The translations under genes and the position numbers were made by a program. DNA of 47,975 nt, taken from positions 1 through 47,975 of IMG/VR virus record IMGVR_UViG_3300027852_000008, one strand, 5' to 3'. Source of the stretch: a virus. Positions 23,439-31,551 of this stretch are shown here, one piece after another (position 1 is the first letter of the stretch; each line of letters starts with the position of its first letter). The notes under the pieces were generated by a model. That model saw nothing but the letters and a program-made list of their open reading frames with translations, had not been told where the DNA came from and did no database searches.

Positions 23439-25781
23439 ATGCCAACCTTTATTAAAACAATTGCCCCACCAGGTGCAAAGATTATGCTATTAGGTGAAGC
23501 CCCTGGAGAAGAGGAAGATAAACAAGGTAAGCCCTTTGTGGGAAGAGCAGGATATACCTTATCCAAGCTATTAAGTCCTGCTAATATAGATAAACAAAGA
23601 TGTATTGTAACTAATGTTGCTAGAGAAAGACCAAGAAATAACGAGATTACTCAATATTTTAAAAACAAGACTTGCACTGCACCAACCGAACAGATGCAAG
23701 AATGGATAGACCTACTTAAACAAGAGATAATAGAACTAAAGCCTAATATTATAATTGCTTTGGGTAACACAGCTTTATGGGCACTAACAGGAAATAAAGG
23801 TATTCAAAAGAATAGAGGTGCTATAGGAGAATGTTCCTTAGTACCAGGACAAAAATACATAGCAACTTATCATCCTCAAAAGGTAAATTATGAGTGGAAA
23901 CACAGCTTCACTGTTGTAATGGATTTTAAAAAGGCTTTACGTAATTCAACTATACCTGATATACCTGAAGATAATAGAACCTTTATTACTAATCCAACTA
24001 AGCAAGAATGGATTGACTATTGTGATTTCTTATATGATAACAATATGCCTTTTGCGGTTGATCTTGAAGCCACTAGAGGTACAGGTTATATAACAAGAAT
24101 AGGGTTTGCACACAGTCTTGAATTCGCCATGTCTTTAAAGTTACTTGATGGCAACATAGCTCATTTTCCTGAGAAGGATGAAATAGAAGTTATTGAAGCT
24201 ACAGGAAAAGCATTGGAAAAAGTACCAACTATTTATCATAATGCTGGTTATGATATAGCTAACATGTGGCATAAGTATAGGATAAAAGCTACAGCATATA
24301 TGGATACAATGATAACAATGAGGACATTGTGGCCAGAGTGCCCAAGAAGCTTAGCATATTGTGTAAGTTTATTATTAGATTTACCTGAATGGAAATCCTT
24401 ATCCGGAACAGATCAAGGTACATATAACTGTTATGATGCAGCTAATACAATGCAATTAAGTATTGTCATGGAAGAATCACTACAAAGTAGATCTAAGATA
24501 TATCCTACCATACTTGATATACAAGAACAAGATATGTTACAGCTTGAACCTTCCATACTCATGCAATTAGAAGGTATATCTGTTAATAATTCTAAACGAG
24601 AGGTTATACTTAAGGAAACAAAAGAAACACTTAAAGAGATTGAAGAAACAATAACAAATATAATAGGCAGAGAGATAAACCTTAACAGTCCAAAACAAGT
24701 TCAATCTCTATTATATATAGAACAAGGTTTGCCTGTGCAATATAAGAGAAGAAAAAATAAAAAAGAAGCCAGAACAATAACATCTGATGAAGGTGCTTTG
24801 ACAAAGTTAGCTAATAAGACATCCAATCCTTTACCTAACTTGATCTTAAAATATAGGGAATTTTCTAAGCGTTCTAGCTCCTTCTTAAATATAGAAACCT
24901 CCCCAGAAGGTAAGGTACATACAAGTTACAATACAGTAGGAACTAACTTTTCTAGGTGGTCATCTAGTAAGAGTATTATCTTACCTTTTGGTCCAGGTAA
25001 CTTACAGAATATACCAGAAGAAACCAGAATCTTTTACGTAGCACCTCTTGGTTATAAGATTGTTAGTGCAGATTATGTTCAAGCAGAGGCAAACATTGTT
25101 GCCTTTCTATCCTTAGATACTGTTCTTATGAATCTGTTTAAAGAATCTTTTGGTATGTCACCTAATGAAAGGAAGAAGAAACATGATCTTCATAAGATAA
25201 CAGCAAGTGAGCTTTATGAAATAGATATAGATATGGTTACAAAAGAACAAAGAAAAATAGGAAAGAGACTTAGACATGCTAAGAATTACAGAATGGGTAT
25301 CTATAAATTGGCTGCAGAATTAGATATAGCTGTCGCAGATGCTAGGATACTTGATGCTTTATACACAAGAAAGAATCATCGTCTTATTGTTTGGCAAAAG
25401 AAAGTGGAGGAACAATTAAGACATAGCAGAACAGTGATTAATTGTTTTGGTAGACCTCATAGATTCTTAGATAGATGGGGAGAGCACCTTGTAAACTCAG
25501 CAATATCATACAATCCTCAGTCAACTATTGGAGATCTTATGAACAGATCTGTAATTAGAATATACAGAGATTATGGAGATCTTTATACTCTTTGGGCACA
25601 ATTACATGATGGCATATATGTTTTGGTTGAGGATGAAAAAGTAGATCAGTGTATAAGTGATCTTAGACAAGCAATGATTGAACCAATTAATATAGAACAA
25701 GAAAAGGTCACTGTTGATGTGGATTTTAAGGTTGGTGATAACTGGGGAGAGTTACATGAAGTTAACATAGATTGGAGGTAA
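23439..25781 (+). CDS. UDG-like domain fused to family A DNA polymerase with 3'-5' exonuclease
   Basis: The family-4 UDG signature GEAPGEEEDKQGKPFVGRAG and TYHPQ are present. Exonuclease motifs are Exo I VDLEAT, Exo II HNAGYDI and Exo III YNCYDAANT. Polymerase motifs are A SADYVQAEANIVA, B-like RHAKNYRMGIY and C QLHDGIYV. Confidence 0.85.
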   Translation: MPTFIKTIAPPGAKIMLLGEAPGEEEDKQGKPFVGRAGYTLSKLLSPANIDKQRCIVTNVARERPRNNEITQYFKNKTCTAPTEQMQEWIDLLKQEIIELKPNIIIALGNTALWALTGNKGIQKNRGAIGECSLVPGQKYIATYHPQKVNYEWKHSFTVVMDFKKALRNSTIPDIPEDNRTFITNPTKQEWIDYCDFLYDNNMPFAVDLEATRGTGYITRIGFAHSLEFAMSLKLLDGNIAHFPEKDEIEVIEATGKALEKVPTIYHNAGYDIANMWHKYRIKATAYMDTMITMRTLWPECPRSLAYCVSLLLDLPEWKSLSGTDQGTYNCYDAANTMQLSIVMEESLQSRSKIYPTILDIQEQDMLQLEPSILMQLEGISVNNSKREVILKETKETLKEIEETITNIIGREINLNSPKQVQSLLYIEQGLPVQYKRRKNKKEARTITSDEGALTKLANKTSNPLPNLILKYREFSKRSSSFLNIETSPEGKVHTSYNTVGTNFSRWSSSKSIILPFGPGNLQNIPEETRIFYVAPLGYKIVSADYVQAEANIVAFLSLDTVLMNLFKESFGMSPNERKKKHDLHKITASELYEIDIDMVTKEQRKIGKRLRHAKNYRMGIYKLAAELDIAVADARILDALYTRKNHRLIVWQKKVEEQLRHSRTVINCFGRPHRFLDRWGEHLVNSAISYNPQSTIGDLMNRSVIRIYRDYGDLYTLWAQLHDGIYVLVEDEKVDQCISDLRQAMIEPINIEQEKVTVDVDFKVGDNWGELHEVNIDWR

Positions 25782-25787
25782 AATAGA

Positions 25788-25964
25788 ATGATAAAGGTTA
25801 ACGTAAGATGGAATGATGGATATTTGGAGGACTTTAACTGTTCAGAGGTGCGCTTTGGCTCGGACTTGTTATGGATGAGACTCAAATCTGGTGGCAATCG
25901 CCATATTCCACTAAGACAAGTAAGATGGTTCTCAACAAATCCAGAATCGCATGAAATATTATGA
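25788..25964 (+). CDS. Hypothetical 58-aa protein (MIKVNVRWNDGYLEDFNCSEVRFGSDLLWMRLKSGGNRHIPLRQVRWFSTNPESHEIL)
   Basis: Found by hand. The GGAGG RBS lies within the last polymerase codons. Confidence 0.5.
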   Translation: MIKVNVRWNDGYLEDFNCSEVRFGSDLLWMRLKSGGNRHIPLRQVRWFSTNPESHEIL

Positions 25965-25974
25965 GGAGGTAAAA

Positions 25975-26154
25975 ATGAACTTTAATAAGACAATGTTAAA
26001 TATAGCACTAAAAGCACTTGAAAAGATAAAGAAAGAACAAGGAAAAGTATGTAAAGACTTTGAACTTTGTAATCATATAGGTTGTAAAAGCAGTGCAGCT
26101 TCTTTGATAATAGCATGTGAGGCTTTAGAAGATATAAAAAAGGAGGCAAAATGA
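25975..26154 (+). CDS. Hypothetical protein
   Basis: The ATG at 25975 is preceded by GAGGAGG. The tracked start is 25951. Confidence 0.55.
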   Translation: MNFNKTMLNIALKALEKIKKEQGKVCKDFELCNHIGCKSSAASLIIACEALEDIKKEAK

Positions 26155-26474
26155 AAAGATTATTCATATCCCATCCTTATAGAGATGAAAAAATCTATAA
26201 GATAAACCAAAATATTCAAAATGCTAGAAAGTTTGCTATGAAGTATTGGTTACAAGGATATAATGTTTATTGTCCTCATCTTAATACAGCCTTTATGGAT
26301 GATTTACTACCAGATAAGATATGGTTAGAAGCTCACTTAGATTGGTTAAAGCTTTGTGATGTCATTGTCATGTGTGGAAGTTGGAGATATTCAATAGGTT
26401 GTACTGAGGAACATGATTTAGCAATGAGTTTAAAGCAAAGGATAATTTATGATGACATTTTAATGGAGGTGTAA
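26151..26474 (+). CDS. Nucleoside 2-deoxyribosyltransferase-like protein (DUF4406/DUF1937-type)
   Basis: 107 aa. LFISHPY...LDWLKLCDVIVMCGSWRYSIGCTEEHDLAMSL matches the C-terminal pattern of that fold (from memory). Confidence 0.45.
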   Translation: MKRLFISHPYRDEKIYKINQNIQNARKFAMKYWLQGYNVYCPHLNTAFMDDLLPDKIWLEAHLDWLKLCDVIVMCGSWRYSIGCTEEHDLAMSLKQRIIYDDILMEV

Positions 26475-26475
26475 T

Positions 26476-26781
26476 TTGTCTGAATATGAGTACAAAGATA
26501 TTAGAACTGAAAGGGAAGAAGAGGAAAAAACAATACATGAGCTAGATGCAATAGGTCCAGGATATCAAGAGAGCCCCTTAGCAATTCAAATAGGAGGTGA
26601 TCATTATAAAGACTTTAATATTCAACCAATAGAGTTTATAACTAGAAATAAGCTAGGTTTCATTCAAGGCTGTGTAGTAAAACGTATCTGTAGATATAAT
26701 GTAAAAGGAGGAAAAGGTAAAGAAGATCTGTTAAAGATTAAACATGAGATAGATGTTTTATTAACTTTGGAGGTATTATGA
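26476..26781 (+). CDS. DUF3310-family protein
   Basis: GGDHYKDFNIQPIEFITRNKLGFIQGCVVKRICRYNVKGGKGKEDLLKIKHEIDVLL fits the DUF3310 signature. TTG start 6 nt after GGAGG. Confidence 0.65.
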   Translation: MSEYEYKDIRTEREEEEKTIHELDAIGPGYQESPLAIQIGGDHYKDFNIQPIEFITRNKLGFIQGCVVKRICRYNVKGGKGKEDLLKIKHEIDVLLTLEVL

Positions 26782-27032
26782 AAGCTCCACAAAGAGAGCT
26801 TACCTATCCCAAGACAATCATATGGGATAATAGTAAAGTTGCAGCCTTGACAGAATTACAGAGGATAAAATATTCTATACTTAACTTAAGAACTAATGAT
26901 GAAGAAAGAGAAGAATATAGTCTGTTTTCTTCAGAGGATAGAAGAGATCTAATAAAAGCATCTACCTTTATCAGCACAGTATATAACAGTCTAAAAAAGA
27001 AAGATTCTTATAAGGACAAGATAATTAAATGA
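26778..27032 (+). CDS. Hypothetical protein
   Basis: 84 aa, RBS GGAGG. Confidence 0.6.
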   Translation: MKAPQRELTYPKTIIWDNSKVAALTELQRIKYSILNLRTNDEEREEYSLFSSEDRRDLIKASTFISTVYNSLKKKDSYKDKIIK

Positions 27033-28246
27033 GAGAATTATCAAATTGGCTAGACTCTTATGTAACATACGTAGATAATACTGAAAGTGCTAAGATATTC
27101 CACAAGTGGACAGCATTGGCAGTGATTGCAGCTGTATTAAGAAAGAAAATAAAATTAAACCTCGGTAGAATAAACGTATATCCTAACATGTATGTAGTCT
27201 TAGTAGGCCCACCTGGAGGCCCAAGAAAAAGCCAAGCTATTACCTTTGGTATGGACTTTTTAAGGGAGATTCCAGATATAGTACTAAGCGCCGACGCTAT
27301 AACACCACAAGCATTGATACAAGATCTTGAATCTAGTGCTATGGATGAAGTCTTACCTAATGGAGAGAAACTAGAACATGCCTCCTTAACCGCAGTATCA
27401 AAGGAGTTAGAAAGTTTCTTAGGTCAAAGAGGTGAGAATACTAAGATGATTATAACATTAACAGATCTATTTGATGCTAATGAATTACCTTGGAAATACA
27501 GAACAAAGCATTATGGTACTAATGTAATCCCAAGTGTATTTTTAAACTTATTTGCAGCCACAACACCAGATAGTATTGGAAGTTCCTTTCCTTTAAACGC
27601 CATAGGTGGAGGGTTATCAAGTAGAATTGTATTTGTTTGGGCAGAGAAAAGAGAAAAGAAAGTAACTGTTCCTGGTTGGACTCCAGAAGAATTAGTCTTA
27701 AAGGAAAAGTTACACAAAGATTTGTTTACTATAAGCAGAATGGCTGGAACATATAAGTATACTAGTGAGTCCTTTAAGTTTTGGGATAATTGGTATCATA
27801 GTTATGAAGCTCAATCAACCTCTAGAATCTGTAGAGATAATCTATTCAATGGTTGGTATGAGAGGAAACCTTTATATGTTCAAAAATTATCTATCATTCA
27901 TGCAGCTGCAACTACTAGTAAGTTATTATTAGAAATTCCTCATATAGAAAGTGCTTTAAATGTATTAGCTGAAACAGAAGTAGAGATGAGTAATGTCTTT
28001 AGAGCAATGGGAAGATCTACTATAGCTGCAGATGTTGATGTAGTTGGTAATATCATACAAGGTAGAAAATGGATTACAGAAGAACAATTAACTAGTTTAA
28101 TATGGAGGGATATAGATGCACTTAAGTTTGATAATGTGATTAATACCTTGAAGAAAAGAGGACATGTCAAGAGATATTATGAAGGTCCAGAAGGAGAAAA
28201 AGGTCAAGTTTGGTACAAGTATGTTGGAAGTGATTTTAATCTTTAG
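27029..28246 (+). CDS. DUF3987-like P-loop protein (candidate replicative helicase or primase-associated factor)
   Basis: 405 aa. It has an atypical Walker A VLVGPPGGPRKS (Arg where the Gly before Lys is expected) and a Walker B-like RIVFVWAE. Confidence 0.4.
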   Translation: MRELSNWLDSYVTYVDNTESAKIFHKWTALAVIAAVLRKKIKLNLGRINVYPNMYVVLVGPPGGPRKSQAITFGMDFLREIPDIVLSADAITPQALIQDLESSAMDEVLPNGEKLEHASLTAVSKELESFLGQRGENTKMIITLTDLFDANELPWKYRTKHYGTNVIPSVFLNLFAATTPDSIGSSFPLNAIGGGLSSRIVFVWAEKREKKVTVPGWTPEELVLKEKLHKDLFTISRMAGTYKYTSESFKFWDNWYHSYEAQSTSRICRDNLFNGWYERKPLYVQKLSIIHAAATTSKLLLEIPHIESALNVLAETEVEMSNVFRAMGRSTIAADVDVVGNIIQGRKWITEEQLTSLIWRDIDALKFDNVINTLKKRGHVKRYYEGPEGEKGQVWYKYVGSDFNL

Positions 28247-28263
28247 TGAAAGGAGAATAGATT

Positions 28264-28935
28264 ATGAAATTAATTAAGCCTGGTTATGAGATTATGGAAG
28301 TGATGGGAATTTATGGAAACTTTGGAATAGGTAGAGATGCTTTGCAGTTAATTGAAAAGGCTGGGAGAGTATGTTATAAGTCAGAAGAAAAGATAACACA
28401 AGATTCTTGTAAAGAGTTTGTCCAAAAAATAAATAAACTTGGACATGAATCAGTCATTGAACACTCTGCTATGACAGTTAAGTTCATATGTGATAGAGGA
28501 GTTAGTCATGAGTTAGTTAGACATAGACTTTGTGCTTTTAGTCAAGAGAGTACAAGATATTGTAATTATAAAGGAGGTGTTACTTTTATTATTCCACCTT
28601 GGGTTAATATAGAAGAAGGTATCTATACAGGTACTATTTCTGAGATAATAAATAATGAAGAGGATTTCATTTGGTGGGAGTCTATGTTGAATGCAGCAAG
28701 TAGTTATACAAAGCTGTTAAACAAAGGTTGGTCTCCTCAACAAGCAAGATCAGTTTTACCTAATTCTCTTAAGACAGAAATAGTAGTAACTGCTAACTTT
28801 AGAGAGTGGAAACATATCTTTAATTTAAGATGCTCCAAAGCTGCACATCCACAGATGAGAGAGATTATGATACCTCTTCTTGAAGAATGTAAGAAGTTAA
28901 TTCCTATAATCTTTGATGAGATAAACCATGACTAA
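28264..28935 (+). CDS. thyX: Flavin-dependent thymidylate synthase
   Basis: ThyX signature VRHRLCAFSQESTRY (RHRxxSxxxxSxRY), plus HESVIEH. Confidence 0.9.
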   Translation: MKLIKPGYEIMEVMGIYGNFGIGRDALQLIEKAGRVCYKSEEKITQDSCKEFVQKINKLGHESVIEHSAMTVKFICDRGVSHELVRHRLCAFSQESTRYCNYKGGVTFIIPPWVNIEEGIYTGTISEIINNEEDFIWWESMLNAASSYTKLLNKGWSPQQARSVLPNSLKTEIVVTANFREWKHIFNLRCSKAAHPQMREIMIPLLEECKKLIPIIFDEINHD

Positions 28936-29266
28936 TTATGTAGAACAAAGAACTAAAGAGCTTCTTGAAGACTTAACCAATTACCTAGCCACATTACCAC
29001 CTTTAAACTCTAAGGTAATTTGTACTAGGACAGGTTTCGTATTTGACCTTCATGCTATATGGCCTTCAGCTAAAATATCTTTAGCCTTTAATGAACCTGG
29101 TCATCAAGTAAGTTATCAAGTTATTTCACCTAAAACCTTTAAGAAAGAGTATGTTGCAGTATCAAAGAAGGTAGCTAAAATCTTTTCTGATACCATTAAG
29201 GATTTTACCCAAGAAGAGTTAACAGAAGCACTTACTGAAATGAAACACAGTGAAGAGGAGGAATAA
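28928..29266 (+). CDS. Hypothetical protein
   Basis: 112 aa, overlapping the thyX stop by 8 nt. Confidence 0.6.
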   Translation: MTNYVEQRTKELLEDLTNYLATLPPLNSKVICTRTGFVFDLHAIWPSAKISLAFNEPGHQVSYQVISPKTFKKEYVAVSKKVAKIFSDTIKDFTQEELTEALTEMKHSEEEE

Positions 29267-29490
29267 TGCAAAACACTTATGTAAAACTAAGAGTTTGTGC
29301 ATCCTGTGAATGGATTTTTAGAGATGAGTTAAGCTGCCCAAAATGCGGCTTTGCATATTATGGAGCAAGATCTGTATATGGAAACAAATGTTATAAATAT
29401 GAAAAAACTCAACAGCCTTGGATTAATAAAAAAGTTGCTGAGTATATAAGTGAACTACAAAAACAGATCAGAATAAAAAAGGGAGAATAA
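29266..29490 (+). CDS. Small zinc-ribbon protein
   Basis: 74 aa with CASCEW...CPKCG. RBS GAGGAGG. Confidence 0.6.
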   Translation: MQNTYVKLRVCASCEWIFRDELSCPKCGFAYYGARSVYGNKCYKYEKTQQPWINKKVAEYISELQKQIRIKKGE

Positions 29491-29491
29491 A

Positions 29492-29809
29492 ATGGAGATT
29501 ATACATGTAGAAGATTTAGCTTGTCTAGAAAACGAAGGTAGTATGATAGACGGAAAATATCAAGGTAACATTACAGTAGTAGATGGTTGTGAAGCTTATT
29601 ATACTTTAGGTGTAGAACATTATTTTATACCACAACAACTCCTAGAAGAAATTATAAATCTAAAAGCTTTAGAAGTTACTGAGGCTGTTGAGGAAGAACA
29701 AGCAGAATCAGAGTTCGACAGTGTTTTAGATATAATGGACTTAATGGAATTAGCAATAGTTTTCTCAGCAGATGATCTGTGTAACCTTAGAGCAAATGGT
29801 TTGATATAA
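29492..29809 (+). CDS. Hypothetical acidic protein
   Basis: 105 aa, RBS AAGGGAGA. Confidence 0.6.
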   Translation: MEIIHVEDLACLENEGSMIDGKYQGNITVVDGCEAYYTLGVEHYFIPQQLLEEIINLKALEVTEAVEEEQAESEFDSVLDIMDLMELAIVFSADDLCNLRANGLI

Positions 29810-29824
29810 AGGAGGTAAATAAAC

Positions 29825-30670
29825 ATGAAGTGTTTTTATCATAGTGCTGATTTAGATGGAAGATGTTCAGGGGCTATTATTAATAAGAGATTCCCAACTT
29901 GTAAACTCTATGGATTTGATTATGGAAATGAGTTTCCTTGGAAAGAAATTGAGGAAGGTGAAAAAGTTTTTATGGTAGATGTATCACTACCTATAGAAGA
30001 TATGAAAAGATTAAACAAGATGGTTAAGCTAATTTGGATAGATCATCATGTGTCTATAATAGACATAGCACAGAAGGAAAAGTTTCTTGCATATGAACAA
30101 CTACTTGAGGTTGGTAAAGCAGCATGTGAATTAACTTGGTTATATTGTTACCCTCATAGTAGCTTACCTCAAGCAGTTCATCTATTAGCAAGATATGATG
30201 TTTGGGATTTGTACTTTGATGATATCTTAGCTTTTCAGTATGGTATTAGAACCTTTGATACACAACCTGAAGATTATATTTGGACTGTTATATTACATGA
30301 AAACAGTTATTGTATTTCAATTATAAATAAGGGAGAAAATATTCTAGAGTATATACACAAGGATAATAAGAACTATGTTAACTCTTACGGATTTAAAACT
30401 ACCCTTAATGACTACAGAGCAATTGCTGTAAATAAAGGTATGGGTAATTCTCAATTATTTAATTCTATATGGAATGAAAAGGATTATGATATTATGATAG
30501 CTTTTGCTTGGGTAGCTAAGCTTAACAAACATCGTGTTAGCTTATATACAACAGAAGAAACAGGTATAGACGTTAGTCAAATTGCTGTATTATATGGAGG
30601 TGGTGGTCACAAACAAGCTGCAGGATTCATGTGTAACTACTTACCTTTTTCTTTAGTGGGGTATAAATGA
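29825..30670 (+). CDS. DHH/DHHA1-family phosphoesterase (NrnA/RecJ-like)
   Basis: Motifs HSADLDG, MVDVS, WIDHH and GGGGHKQAAGF. Confidence 0.8.
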   Translation: MKCFYHSADLDGRCSGAIINKRFPTCKLYGFDYGNEFPWKEIEEGEKVFMVDVSLPIEDMKRLNKMVKLIWIDHHVSIIDIAQKEKFLAYEQLLEVGKAACELTWLYCYPHSSLPQAVHLLARYDVWDLYFDDILAFQYGIRTFDTQPEDYIWTVILHENSYCISIINKGENILEYIHKDNKNYVNSYGFKTTLNDYRAIAVNKGMGNSQLFNSIWNEKDYDIMIAFAWVAKLNKHRVSLYTTEETGIDVSQIAVLYGGGGHKQAAGFMCNYLPFSLVGYK

Positions 30671-30858
30671 GAAGACATTGGGTATTAGCTTTAACAAAAG
30701 AAGAACATAAAAAGTTGGAAGAAGAGATAATCAAGTTACGAGTAGAGGAAAGCTTAGATATTAAAACTATATCTGAAAGGAAGCAGTTAAGTAGACCCTA
30801 TGTTACAGGTATACTTAAGAAGAATAACATAAACACCAGTAGAATAAAACAAATTTAA
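30667..30858 (+). CDS. Small putative HTH protein
   Basis: 63 aa. IKTISERKQLSRPYVTGILKKNNI looks like helix-turn-helix. Confidence 0.45.
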   Translation: MRRHWVLALTKEEHKKLEEEIIKLRVEESLDIKTISERKQLSRPYVTGILKKNNINTSRIKQI

Positions 30859-30874
30859 GGAGGTAAAGAATAAG

Positions 30875-31234
30875 ATGTTTGAATATGAAGAGATAGTTTT
30901 AGCTAAGTTTGAAGAAGATATATCTAAATCACAGAGTAAAGTAACTAAGAAATTAAAAGACAGATGTGATAATATAATAGTTGCTTATGCAGGATTATTA
31001 GATAAGCTTAAGCATGAAATTAAGGTGACTAGAATACTGAAGGAAAAGAATGTATATCTTACAGATAAACTAAAAAAGAAAGTAGGATTAAGTAAAGATG
31101 AATTAGATAGATTTGTTGAAATTAAAGAATCATTTGGTGACTGTGAATGGATGAGAGCCTTTTTTAATACCTATACAGTTGACTCCATTAACTGGTTAGT
31201 AGAGAAAGTTGATGAGTCTCAAGAAAGGAGATAA
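30875..31234 (+). CDS. Hypothetical protein
   Basis: 119 aa, RBS AAGGAGG. Confidence 0.6.
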   Translation: MFEYEEIVLAKFEEDISKSQSKVTKKLKDRCDNIIVAYAGLLDKLKHEIKVTRILKEKNVYLTDKLKKKVGLSKDELDRFVEIKESFGDCEWMRAFFNTYTVDSINWLVEKVDESQERR

Positions 31235-31254
31235 GATATCATGGAGGTTAAATT

Positions 31255-31482
31255 ATGCCAGATCTTCTAAGGATAGATTATATAAACAGTCTCCATCAAC
31301 CATTAGTAGTACGATTGCTAGGCGAAAAAGAGCCGATGTGGGAACTCCACGACATCGATGTGGAAACGGGCCTGTTGAGAATAAATGTGTGTGGTAAACT
31401 TCAGGCTATGCACATCAGTGATATTGGAGATTTTGTAGACATGGATGGAGTAACCCATGATCCAGATTCTTTTTATTGTTAA
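31255..31482 (+). CDS. Hypothetical protein, last gene of the rightward block
   Basis: 75 aa, RBS GGAGG. Confidence 0.6.
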   Translation: MPDLLRIDYINSLHQPLVVRLLGEKEPMWELHDIDVETGLLRINVCGKLQAMHISDIGDFVDMDGVTHDPDSFYC

Positions 31483-31489
31483 AAAGAAA

Positions 31490-31510
31490 AGCCCCCTACC
31501 ACAGGGGGCT
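31490..31510. terminator. Bidirectional intrinsic terminator between the convergent blocks
   Basis: AGCCCCCT-ACCAC-AGGGGGCT forms an 8-bp GC-rich stem. It is flanked by AAAAAGAAAAG on the left, which is a U-tract for the minus-strand transcript. Confidence 0.8.
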
Positions 31511-31551
31511 ATACAATATAAGCACCTTAGTTATTCTATCTCACCTCCTTA

